Shown here piece by piece: positions 44,900 through 53,764 of a stretch of 64,000 nt of DNA. The translations under genes were made by a program, and so were the position numbers. This stretch comes from a virus (lineage: Duplodnaviria; Caudoviricetes). The notes below the pieces were generated by a model. The model had not been told where the DNA came from and did no database searches. It saw only the letters and a list, made by a program, of their open reading frames with translations. Where the stretch lies: positions 1,424 through 65,423 of IMG/VR virus record IMGVR_UViG_3300043499_000197. The stretch is one strand, 5' to 3'. Every line of letters starts with the position of its first letter. Position 1 is the stretch's first letter.

Positions 44900-45640
44900 C
44901 CTTAGTGAGGTGAAACGTTGTAGCTATGCGGTCGCATGCCAGTTAACCCATAGTTCATAACGCTATGGGCTAACGGACGTGTTGTCCTTCGGGTTGGTCT
45001 AGATACTTTGCGCGCCTCTCTAACTACTGGCGCTAACCGATACTTTGCGCGCCTACGTAAACCGGGCGCCGCTGTTTGTTCATCAGGTGACATCGCTACC
45101 TTTAGTCCTGCTTTCGGACGCCGCGGCTTGGCCACGGTAGTGCTAAGTAATCGTCGCCCACGCTCCGCATACGTTCCCCGTGCGACTCCGTGCCTTCTCA
45201 TGCTGGCCTAGTTCGCTGTCCAATACCGTATGGTTCTGCGTGCTTTGATTCCGCTCACGAGCTATAAGCTTTCCTCGGCCTTTCAACCGGATTCCCCGTT
45301 AGGGCGCCTATGTCGCAATTCGCACATGCACATCAGTCAATCACGCGCTGATGGCGCGGACACGCTAACCCCTGCACTCGCAACCCCGGTTTGTTTCCCG
45401 TCCGGGCGCCGCGCCATGCTTGGCCGCAACTGTGTCGTTCGCATGGCCTCGATACTCGCGTCTTGCGACGCGCGGATTCCATGCTCTGAATTTTTAATGA
45501 CCGCGACGTTTCGCTGCATCGCTAGGCTTAGGCGCGGGACGGAAGGCCTTTACAGGGGAATCCGTTGGCGCGCCGGCCGGTGCCGATGCTGCTAGAGCTT
45601 GGAGGCTCAGCCTGTAGGGACTGCGATCAGCCCCTACACA
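44900..45640 (-). ncRNA. Candidate large structured non-coding RNA or leader
   Basis: No ORF with coding bias; nested long-range stems; GCAA tetraloop and two G-U pairs favour - strand. Confidence 0.5.
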
Positions 45641-45748
45641 CTAGGCGACGGGTCTACCTGCCCCCCTGGGGGCTGGGGGGCGAGGGAGGGGAGGGGTGGC
45701 CAGCCCTTATGTCCTGCACACAGTCCCCAGATCCTCTTCAGCACCTAG

Positions 45749-45778
45749 TAAACTACTTTACACACGGCAATCGTGCAA
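45749..45778 (-). promoter_or_regulatory. Leftward sigma70-like promoter TTGCAC-N17-TAGTTT with palindromic site
   Basis: Minus strand TTGCACGATTGCCGTGTGTAAAGTAGTTTACT. Confidence 0.6.
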
Positions 45779-45853
45779 GCACGCTTCCGTGGCGCGCTCA
45801 GCGCCATAGCAAACGTGACGGCCCCAGCACCCAGCCCACACAGCCACACTAAG

Positions 45854-45884
45854 TAAACTAGTTTATATTGGGCCCCCCGTGCAA
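45854..45884 (-). promoter_or_regulatory. Leftward sigma70-like promoter TTGCAC-N18-TAGTTT with perfect palindrome TAAACTAGTTTA
   Basis: Minus strand TTGCACGGGGGGCCCAATATAAACTAGTTTACT. Confidence 0.6.
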
Positions 45885-45980
45885 ACCCTGCCTTTTATGC
45901 ACGTCACACTGCGCTATTAGAAAAGCGTGCCTGATAATCGCGTGCATCCCCGCGCCCGCTCACATCACCAGGAGATGCCC

Positions 45981-46124
45981 ATGGCCAGCGACGTCCCGCC
46001 CTTCGACAAGAAGAAGAAACCCGCCAAGGGGAAGATGCCGTTCCCGCCGGCCTCCAAGGCGGGAGGCCCGGCCCCCGACAAGGGCGGCAAGAAGCCCAAC
46101 CCGTTTGCCAAGAAAGGAGCCTGA
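45981..46124 (+). CDS. Small Lys/Pro-rich basic protein
   Basis: AGGAG SD; MASDVPPFDKKKK... Confidence 0.7.
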   Translation: MASDVPPFDKKKKPAKGKMPFPPASKAGGPAPDKGGKKPNPFAKKGA

Positions 46125-46126
46125 CC

Positions 46127-46291
46127 ATGGCCCGCAAATCAGGAACCCTCTCGATCCAGAAGAAGCCTTCCGTCCCTTCGGGCGGGCGCATGAACCCGAC
46201 CATGGACCAGAAGACGATGCCCAAGGTGCCGTTGCCGGCCAAGGGCAAGAGCAGCAAGGAATCGAGCACCCGGATGCCCGGGCCGAAGTGA
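46127..46291 (+). CDS. Small basic protein (54 aa)
   Basis: AAGGAG SD; MARKSGTLSIQKKP...; below ORF-track cutoff. Confidence 0.65.
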   Translation: MARKSGTLSIQKKPSVPSGGRMNPTMDQKTMPKVPLPAKGKSSKESSTRMPGPK

Positions 46292-46332
46292 CGCTGCGCT
46301 AACGCGCGCGAAGCGCGCTCCCCGGATCGCAG

Positions 46333-47079
46333 ATGTCCGACTACGGCCTCGTCCTCCCCGACCATGACCTGACCGCGGCCGACTTCAAGGAGTTGGCGCG
46401 CCGTGTCGGGCGTGCCGCCTTCATGCCGCTGTTCCTGCGCTACTACGAGCGGGTGGTGACGAGCGAGGCGACGATCGAGGAGCAGCGCCGCGGGCTGGTG
46501 GACATCGCCCGGTGGACGGGTGTCGAGGAAGAGAAGAAGAGCGACCCGAACGCCAACCTGCCGGTTTTCCAGATCATCTTCGGGCAGGCAGGCACCAGCG
46601 CGGCCAGCATCGAGGCGGTGGAGGTCATACAGCCGCCCACCCACGAGCCCTTGCCCACCCCTGACCCACGCGCACCTGACGCGCTATTAGACAGTGCGGC
46701 GGAACTGATTCCAGCGGACATGCTGAAATCGTTTGCTCACGACCTGGAAGAAGTGGCCCGGTCGGCGCAGCCGGCCGGATCACGCATGAAGGAAATAGCC
46801 GATGCCCAACCCCACGCCGCCCCATCCGCCGCTGCAGCACATGCAGACCCTCCCGCGCCTGTCGAACCCGGCCGATCCGCAGATCCACCGCCTGAGCCCG
46901 TTCGATCAGGCCCACCGGATTCCGGGCCACGGCTCGCAGCACACCGAGCGGGAATTGACTACGAGCGACCCCAAGGCTTACAACTTGCCCCCGCCGCCCC
47001 TGCCGAAACACGCGACGAGCCGGTAAGCCCCACCTTCACCCAGGCGCTGGCCGACCTGGACAGCCTGCTGGACATCTAA
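46333..47079 (+). CDS. Probable terminase small subunit
   Basis: Abuts TerL; helical N-terminus, PVFQIIF strand; assignment mainly positional. Confidence 0.55.
   Translation: MSDYGLVLPDHDLTAADFKELARRVGRAAFMPLFLRYYERVVTSEATIEEQRRGLVDIARWTGVEEEKKSDPNANLPVFQIIFGQAGTSAASIEAVEVIQPPTHEPLPTPDPRAPDALLDSAAELIPADMLKSFAHDLEEVARSAQPAGSRMKEIADAQPHAAPSAAAAHADPPAPVEPGRSADPPPEPVRSGPPDSGPRLAAHRAGIDYERPQGLQLAPAAPAETRDEPVSPTFTQALADLDSLLDI
46802..47026 (+). CDS. Nested +1-frame Pro/His-rich protein (74 aa) inside TerS
   Basis: AAGGA SD before ATG; GC3 bias moves to this frame. Confidence 0.5.
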   Translation: MPNPTPPHPPLQHMQTLPRLSNPADPQIHRLSPFDQAHRIPGHGSQHTERELTTSDPKAYNLPPPPLPKHATSR

Positions 47080-48522
47080 GTGCTCCGATATGACGCCAGC
47101 CCCACCGGCCAGCGCATGCTGGACTCCCGCAAGTTCGGCCAGTTGATCTGCGGGCCAGTCGGCGGCGGCAAGAGCACGGTGGCGCTCATGAACATGTTTC
47201 GCCGAAGTATCCGGCAGGCGGCGTTCGGCGGCATCCGGCACACCAAGCATCTGGTGCTGCGCAACACCATGGCGCAGTTGAAGAGCACCGTGAAGCCGAT
47301 GATGACCACGTGGTTCGACACCCTGGTGCTGCGCCGCATGGGCCAGTGGAAGCTCACCGACCAGATCTTCGAGGCCCGGTTCCGGCTGCCGGACAACACG
47401 GTCGTGCTGTCGGAATACCTGCTGATGGCCGCCGACACGCCGGACGACGTGCGCCGGCTCCTGTCCCTGGAAGTCTCCGATGCCTGGATCGAGGAGGGGC
47501 GCGAAGTCGAGGCCGATGTCGCCGAAGGCGTGTCGGGCCGGGTGAACCGGTTCCCGGCACGGGTAGCGGGGGGTGTCACGCAGCCCGGGGTGATCGTCAG
47601 CACCAACGCGCCGCCGATCGGCGGCTATTGGCACGGGCTGATGACCAAGCCGCCCCACACCTGGGAGATTTTCATGCAGCCGCCGGCGCTGCTGGACGAC
47701 GACACCTTGAACCCGAACGCCGAGAATCTCGAGAACCTCGCGCCCGATTACTACGAGAACATCGTGCAGGGCAAGAGCGACGAGTGGATCAACGTCTACC
47801 TGAAGAACAAGTTCGGCCAGGGCGACAGCGGCAAGCCCGTGTATCGGCAGAGCTTCAAGAAGAGCTTCCACGCCAGGAAGGGCCTGCGGCCCGTCATGCA
47901 GTCGGCGCCGATGGTGATCGGCATGGACAACGGGCTCACGGCCGCGGCGGCCTTCATGCAGCAGGACCCGAGAGGCCGGGTGAACGTGCTCAACGAATGC
48001 TACGTGCCGGACGGCCAGACCATGGGCGTCGAGTCGTTCCTGGACCGGCTGCTGATCCCGAAACTGGCGGCCGAGTACCCGGGCTTCCGGCGCGAGAACA
48101 TCATCTTCGCGATCGACCCGGCCTGCTTCCAGCGCTCGCAGATCGACGAGAAGACCATCAACGCGGCGATCCTGCAGCGCGGCTTCAAGACCTGGAAGCC
48201 GCCCACCAACGATCCCGAGCGGCGCATCCAGGCGGTCGAAGGCCTGCTGACGCGCGCCGTCGATGGCGGGCCGGGCTTCCAGTTCGACGAAGAGCGCTGC
48301 GGGCACGCGATCGCCACCCATGAATGGGGCTACCGCTGGCGTCGCAGCCCGGAAGGCATCGTCTCGACGCTGGTGGAGAAGAACTTCTGGAGCCACATGG
48401 GCGACGCGGTCCAGTACGGCGCGCTGTTCTACAACACCCATGGCGCGCTCACGGCCGGCACCCAGTTCACCGGGCGGGCGCCCTTGCGCAAGATAATCCC
48501 CGCACCCTACGCCTACACATAG
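47080..48522 (+). CDS. terL: Terminase large subunit
   Basis: GPVGGGKS Walker A, WIEE Walker B, STNAP, IGMDNG, IDPA, SHMGDAVQY nuclease motifs. Confidence 0.93.
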   Translation: MLRYDASPTGQRMLDSRKFGQLICGPVGGGKSTVALMNMFRRSIRQAAFGGIRHTKHLVLRNTMAQLKSTVKPMMTTWFDTLVLRRMGQWKLTDQIFEARFRLPDNTVVLSEYLLMAADTPDDVRRLLSLEVSDAWIEEGREVEADVAEGVSGRVNRFPARVAGGVTQPGVIVSTNAPPIGGYWHGLMTKPPHTWEIFMQPPALLDDDTLNPNAENLENLAPDYYENIVQGKSDEWINVYLKNKFGQGDSGKPVYRQSFKKSFHARKGLRPVMQSAPMVIGMDNGLTAAAAFMQQDPRGRVNVLNECYVPDGQTMGVESFLDRLLIPKLAAEYPGFRRENIIFAIDPACFQRSQIDEKTINAAILQRGFKTWKPPTNDPERRIQAVEGLLTRAVDGGPGFQFDEERCGHAIATHEWGYRWRRSPEGIVSTLVEKNFWSHMGDAVQYGALFYNTHGALTAGTQFTGRAPLRKIIPAPYAYT

Positions 48523-48532
48523 AGGAGCCTTC

Positions 48533-50884
48533 ATGGCCACCGCAATCGGACTGCCCGCACCCCCCAACCGATTCGGAACGCCCGACATGCTGCGCTCCGG
48601 GGCGCCGGTGAGTGCCGGGATGCCAAGCACCGCGCGCTTCGGTTCCGGCCAGATGGGACCGGGCGGGCCGGTCGGCGGCGGCCAGATCTCCTCCGGCGGC
48701 GGGCCGGTGGCGCCGGTCGCCGGTCCCAATCCGTTCGGGCCGAATGTGCGCATCGGCCAGCCGGCCTACTCGGGCACCGTGAACGGATTGATCCCGGTCA
48801 GGAACCTGACGGCGATCCTGGACGGCGAGAAGAAGGCGGCGGCCGACCGCGCCTATGCGGCCAACAACACCACCACGGTCTTGAGTCTGGTGCAACTGAT
48901 CAGGAAGCACTGGCAGATGGCGAAAGACGCCAAGCAGGTGGTCGAGCGCAAGATGATCGACGCCATGCGCGCCAAGAGCGGCGAGTACTCGCCGGGCAAG
49001 CTGCAGCAGTTGCGCCAGCAAGGGTCCTCCGAGATCTACATGATGGTGTTCTCGACCAAGGCCCGGCAGGCCAAGGCCCTGATCGGCGACGTCATGCTGG
49101 GCACCGCCGACGACAAGCCCTGGACCATCCAGCCGACGCCCGACCCGGAGATCCCGCAGGACGTGGTCGAGGTGATCCTGAAAGCCACCACCGATGTCGT
49201 GGCGCAAGCCGAGATGGCCGGCGTGCCGATGACGCCCGACGAGATCCGCCTGGGCCTAAGAGAGGTGAAGGACGCAACCAAGGCAATGGTGCTGGAGGAG
49301 GCGCGCCAGCGGTGTGAACGTGCCGAGGTCAAGATCGAGGACCTGCTGGCCGAGGGCGGCTTCATAGGGGCACTGGACAACTTCATCGACGACCTGACCA
49401 CCTTCAAGACGGCGTTCCTGAAGGGGCCGATCGTCAGGAAGCGCGGCGCGCTGAAGTGGGAGGCCCAGCCGGACGGCACCTCGATTCCCGTCGCCACCTT
49501 CCAGAACCTGCCGGACTGGGAGCGCGCCGACCCGCTCATGATGTACCCGGCACCCTGGGCCAGGAACGTGCAGGACGGCTTTCTGATTGAACGCCACCGG
49601 CTGTCTCCTTCGGCGCTGAGCGACATGATCGGGGTCGAAGGATACAACGAGGACGCGATCCGGCAGGTGCTGGACCAGTACGCGCAGAACGGCTTGCGCG
49701 AGTGGCTGCAGGTGGACATGGACCGTCTCGCGGCCGAGAACCGCATGTACTCCAGCATGCAGAACCAGTCCGACCTGATCGACGCGCTGCAGTACTGGGG
49801 GCAGGTGACGGGGAAGCTGTTGCGGGAATGGGGCATGACGCCCGAGCAGGTGCCCGACGAAGCGAAGGTCTACGACGTCGAGTGCTGGCTGATCGGCAGT
49901 TGGGTGATCAAGGCGGTGATCAACGCCGACCCGCTCGCGCGCCGGCCTTACTTCGCCCAGTCCTTCGAGCCGATCCCGGGCGCCTTCTGGGGCAACAGCC
50001 TGTACGACAAGATGCGCGATGTCGAGGACATGTGCAACGCCGCGGCACGCGCGCTCAGCAACAACATGGGGATCGCCTCCGGGCCGCAGGTGTGGGTGAA
50101 CAATGACCGCTTGCCGCCGGGGGAGGACATCACGACTCTCTACCCGTGGAAGATCTGGCAGACCACCTCCGATCCCATGGGCGTGGCGCAGCCCCCGGTG
50201 GGCTTCTTCCAGCCGAACTCCAACGCCAACGAACTGATGGCGGTGTTCGACAAATTCTCGATCCTGGCTGACGAGTACACCGGCATCCCGCGCTACATGG
50301 CCGGCGTCGGCGGCGGTGCCGGCGAGGCCGGGCGAACAGCTTCGGGGATGTCGATGATGATCGGCAACGCCAACAAGACGATCAAGAGCGTGATCTCCAA
50401 CATCGACAAGACGGTGATCGCGCCGCTGGTGACCAATGCGTATCAATATGTCATGCGTTACGTGGGCGATAAAGACTGCAAGGGCGATCTGCAAGTTGTG
50501 GCTCGTGGCGCCCTCTCGCTGGTGACCAAGGATGCGGCGCAGGTGCGCAGGAACGAGTTCCTGCAAGCCACGGCCAATCCGATCGACATGCAGATCATCG
50601 GCCTCGACGGCCGAGCCTCGCTGCTGCGCGAGAGCGCCAAGGCGCTGGATATGAACACTGACAAGATCGTGCCGAGCCCAACCACACTGGCCATGAAGGC
50701 GAAGGTGCAGGCGATGCAGGCACAAATGGCCCAAGGCGCCACCGGCCCGGGTGGCGGCATGGGTCCGGCCGCAGCGCCGCAAGGCCCTCCAGTGGTGGGC
50801 CGGCCCGCGCCCGCGGCGCCCGGAGGCGGCCGCCAACTCGATCATGCGCAAGGTCCGGTGACCGAATCCTTTCAAAATTCATAG
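48533..50884 (+). CDS. Portal protein
   Basis: Follows TerL; 783 aa; PGAFWGNSL, ASGPQV, TASGMSMM motifs of podovirus portals. Confidence 0.85.
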   Translation: MATAIGLPAPPNRFGTPDMLRSGAPVSAGMPSTARFGSGQMGPGGPVGGGQISSGGGPVAPVAGPNPFGPNVRIGQPAYSGTVNGLIPVRNLTAILDGEKKAAADRAYAANNTTTVLSLVQLIRKHWQMAKDAKQVVERKMIDAMRAKSGEYSPGKLQQLRQQGSSEIYMMVFSTKARQAKALIGDVMLGTADDKPWTIQPTPDPEIPQDVVEVILKATTDVVAQAEMAGVPMTPDEIRLGLREVKDATKAMVLEEARQRCERAEVKIEDLLAEGGFIGALDNFIDDLTTFKTAFLKGPIVRKRGALKWEAQPDGTSIPVATFQNLPDWERADPLMMYPAPWARNVQDGFLIERHRLSPSALSDMIGVEGYNEDAIRQVLDQYAQNGLREWLQVDMDRLAAENRMYSSMQNQSDLIDALQYWGQVTGKLLREWGMTPEQVPDEAKVYDVECWLIGSWVIKAVINADPLARRPYFAQSFEPIPGAFWGNSLYDKMRDVEDMCNAAARALSNNMGIASGPQVWVNNDRLPPGEDITTLYPWKIWQTTSDPMGVAQPPVGFFQPNSNANELMAVFDKFSILADEYTGIPRYMAGVGGGAGEAGRTASGMSMMIGNANKTIKSVISNIDKTVIAPLVTNAYQYVMRYVGDKDCKGDLQVVARGALSLVTKDAAQVRRNEFLQATANPIDMQIIGLDGRASLLRESAKALDMNTDKIVPSPTTLAMKAKVQAMQAQMAQGATGPGGGMGPAAAPQGPPVVGRPAPAAPGGGRQLDHAQGPVTESFQNS

Positions 50885-50913
50885 CACACGCTGCATAATC
50901 CGGCCACGCCCAA

Positions 50914-51117
50914 ATGCTTAGTCCGCAAGAGCGTCTCCTGTTCGAGTCCTTGGCGCGCAACACGCGCTTGAGAGACTGGCTGGTGACCCAGAAGGGCAAG
51001 CAGATGGAAATTTTGGTCCAGGCCATCGAAGAGACGCAGATACGACGCGCGCAAGGGAATGCCGCCGCGTTGCAGCAGATCATCGACAACCTGGACGCAG
51101 CCCTGATCAGCCGTTGA
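50914..51117 (+). CDS. Small head-associated protein
   Basis: IRRAQG motif; between portal and scaffold. Confidence 0.65.
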   Translation: MLSPQERLLFESLARNTRLRDWLVTQKGKQMEILVQAIEETQIRRAQGNAAALQQIIDNLDAALISR

Positions 51118-51134
51118 GGCACAGGAGTAGTTGA

Positions 51135-52091
51135 TTGGCCCTGCCAGCTAGGATTCAGCGCGACCTCGATGCCGCCAATGCGCTTCTCGCCCCTCCACAG
51201 CAAGACCCGCAAGTGGCGCTACCGAACCCCGCCGAGCCCTTAGCAGAGGTCACGCAGGTTCAGTCCCCGGCCGCGACGCCGGCAGCACCGCCCGTTGCGC
51301 CCCCACCGCCTCCTCCACAGGAGGACTGGGAGCACAAGTACAAGACCCTGCAAGGGGTCCACAACCGACACGTCGGTGACTTGAAGCAACGGGTGGCGGA
51401 ACTGGAAGCGCACCTGGACCGGGTGCGCGCCCAGCCCGCCGCTGCCCCGGCGACACCGCAGGCGCCGGTGCTGAACCCGCAGGACGCTGAGACATTCGGA
51501 TCGGACTTGGTGGAGATGGTGCGGCGCACGGCCGAAGGCATTGCGGGCAACACCATCGAGTCGCTGAACACCCGGATTGCCCAGCTTGAGCAGCAGTTGG
51601 CTGGCGCCACCGCTGTCGCTTCGAAGACCGCCGACGAGGTGTTCTACGAGCGGCTCGATGCGCTGGTGCCCGATTGGGCGACGGTGAACGCCGACGAGGG
51701 CTTCCTCGTGTGGCTGGCCGAAATCGACCCGATGTACGGCACGCCGCGCCAGACGGCACTGACTCAAGCGGGCAATGTGCGCGATGTGAATCGCGTGGCC
51801 CATGTATTCAATTTGTACAAGGGCACGGTGCCAGCCAAGCCGAAGCCAGCGTTACGGCAGGAACCCACCGTCACACCGCGAACGTCAGGCAACGGCGCGG
51901 CCCAAGCGGTGCCCGCAGGCGGCAACCAGCAGGTCATCACTGTCCAGCAGGTCGAAGCGTTCTACAAGGACGTGCAGCGCGGGCTCTACCGGGGCCGGGA
52001 CACCGAGATGTTGCAGCAGGAGGCGATCATCAACGCTGCGCTGGCTGAAAACCGAATCGTGGACGCAAGGCACGTTCCCCGCTCGATGTAA
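51135..52091 (+). CDS. Capsid scaffolding protein
   Basis: AGGAG SD, TTG start; WEHKYKTLQG coiled coil; VPDW..VN.DEGF..WL; precedes capsid. Confidence 0.8.
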   Translation: MALPARIQRDLDAANALLAPPQQDPQVALPNPAEPLAEVTQVQSPAATPAAPPVAPPPPPPQEDWEHKYKTLQGVHNRHVGDLKQRVAELEAHLDRVRAQPAAAPATPQAPVLNPQDAETFGSDLVEMVRRTAEGIAGNTIESLNTRIAQLEQQLAGATAVASKTADEVFYERLDALVPDWATVNADEGFLVWLAEIDPMYGTPRQTALTQAGNVRDVNRVAHVFNLYKGTVPAKPKPALRQEPTVTPRTSGNGAAQAVPAGGNQQVITVQQVEAFYKDVQRGLYRGRDTEMLQQEAIINAALAENRIVDARHVPRSM

Positions 52092-52118
52092 GGCCGGCGC
52101 GCTCGCTAGGAGCGCTTC

Positions 52119-53114
52119 ATGGCCACCATCACCCCTGCTGCCGTCTTTCCGGTAGCCGCACCCTACAACACCACGCCCCCGTACTCGGGCACGTTCATCC
52201 CGACCATCTGGTCGGCCAAGATGAACGCGAAGTTCTACGCCGCCTCGATCTATGGCGACATTTCCAACAACGATTGGGAAGGCGAGATCGCCAACATGGG
52301 CGACAAGGTGATCATCAACACCGCGCCCACCATCACGATCAGGAACTACGTGGTCGGCGCGGGCCTGACCTACGAGGTGCCGGCACCCCAGACGCAGGAA
52401 CTGGTGGTGGACAAGGGCAAGTACTTTGCCTTCCAGGTCAACGACGTGCTGGCCTATCAGGCGCAGCCCAACCTGATCGACGTCTTCAGCGAGGACGCGG
52501 CGCAGCAGATGCGCATCTCGATCGACTCGGCGGTCACCTACGGCGTCTTCAACAAGGCCGACGCGGCCAACATGGGCGCCACCGCCGGTGCCAAGAGCGG
52601 CCTCTACAACCTGGGCACCGACGCCGTGCCGGTCACGCTGACAGCGGCCAACGTGCTGCAGAAGATCCTGGAACTGGCCAGCGTGCTGGACGAGCAGAAC
52701 ATCCCGGACAGCGGGCGCTGGGTCGTGATCGACCCCTTCACGCGCCAGTTGCTGCTGCAGTCGCCGATCGCGCAGGCCTACTTCACGGGCGACGCCACTT
52801 CGCCGGTGCGCAACGGCCTGATCGGCATGATCGACCGCTTCAAGGTCTACGTGACGAACCAGTTGCCCAAGGGCGCCGCGGCCTCGCCGTGGGTCTCGGG
52901 CGATGGCACCGAGAACTCGATCGCCAGTCCCACGGGCGTCAAGCGCCGCGCGATCATGGCCGGCCACATGAGTGCGCTGACCTTCGCCGCTTCGATCACC
53001 AAGCTGGAAACGATCCGCAACCCCACGGACTTCGGCGACTACATCCGCGGCCTGAACGTGTACGGCTTCGGCGCCCCGGCACCCAAAGGGCTGGCCCTCC
53101 TGGTGGCGGCCTGA
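52119..53114 (+). CDS. Major capsid protein
   Basis: FIPTIWS, WEGEI..GDKV.I, LDEQNIP..GRW, F.DYIRGL.VYG. Confidence 0.9.
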   Translation: MATITPAAVFPVAAPYNTTPPYSGTFIPTIWSAKMNAKFYAASIYGDISNNDWEGEIANMGDKVIINTAPTITIRNYVVGAGLTYEVPAPQTQELVVDKGKYFAFQVNDVLAYQAQPNLIDVFSEDAAQQMRISIDSAVTYGVFNKADAANMGATAGAKSGLYNLGTDAVPVTLTAANVLQKILELASVLDEQNIPDSGRWVVIDPFTRQLLLQSPIAQAYFTGDATSPVRNGLIGMIDRFKVYVTNQLPKGAAASPWVSGDGTENSIASPTGVKRRAIMAGHMSALTFAASITKLETIRNPTDFGDYIRGLNVYGFGAPAPKGLALLVAA

Positions 53115-53157
53115 TACTGGGGTCCGCGACGCCCTCGCGGACCTTGGAGGCTCCACC

Positions 53158-53754
53158 ATGAAGAAGCTCGAGTTTTTTCTGCCACGGATCCTTCCGTGGT
53201 GCCTGGGGGCTCCCGAGCCCCTGGTCTATCAGGCCCTGGTCGATTCGGCCTCGCAGTTCTGCGAGGAATCGACCTGCGTGCGCTACACCACCGACCCGAT
53301 CACGATCATCAAAGACGTGCCGGACTACGACATCGACCTGCCGGCGGGGATGGACCTCGCGCGCGTGATGCGGGTCTGGTACGGGCCGGACCCGTGGGCC
53401 GCGCCGCAGGGCAACCCGGTCAACTGGCAGGTGACCGGACTGGACACGCTGACCATCTACCCGACGCCCACGGATGCGCTGGAGCCGGGCCGCTGGATGT
53501 TCATCGAGGTGGCGACCAAGCCCAGCCGCAACGCCTCCTCGCTGGACGACCGCCTGTACAGCGACTGGATCGAAGGGGTGGTGGGCGGCGCGGTGTACCG
53601 CCTGTGCTCGACGCCTGACCAGCCCTACACCAACCCGAACAACGCGGCGATGGGCCTGCGGGCCTTCAACGTCTGGCGCGGCAAGGCCCAGTACGAAGGC
53701 ACCAAGAACCGCGTCAGGCGCGACACTGTGGTGCGGGCGCGCCCGTTCGCATGA
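53158..53754 (+). CDS. Head-tail adaptor-like protein
   Basis: GGAGG SD; position after capsid; FCEES...Y...L motif. Confidence 0.6.
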   Translation: MKKLEFFLPRILPWCLGAPEPLVYQALVDSASQFCEESTCVRYTTDPITIIKDVPDYDIDLPAGMDLARVMRVWYGPDPWAAPQGNPVNWQVTGLDTLTIYPTPTDALEPGRWMFIEVATKPSRNASSLDDRLYSDWIEGVVGGAVYRLCSTPDQPYTNPNNAAMGLRAFNVWRGKAQYEGTKNRVRRDTVVRARPFA

Positions 53755-53764
53755 AAGGCCCGCC

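Noticed and set aside
45075-45120. Hammerhead ribozyme (CTGATGA on - strand near 45080, GAAA nearby)
   Set aside because: The GAAA sits in its own hairpin loop, and stems II/III with a UH cleavage site could not be built
44902-46302. ORFs 44902-45201, 45230-45595, 45337-45519, 45565-45852, 45868-46302
   Set aside because: No SD, no GC3 bias, implausible composition; the region is better explained as RNA or regulatory DNA
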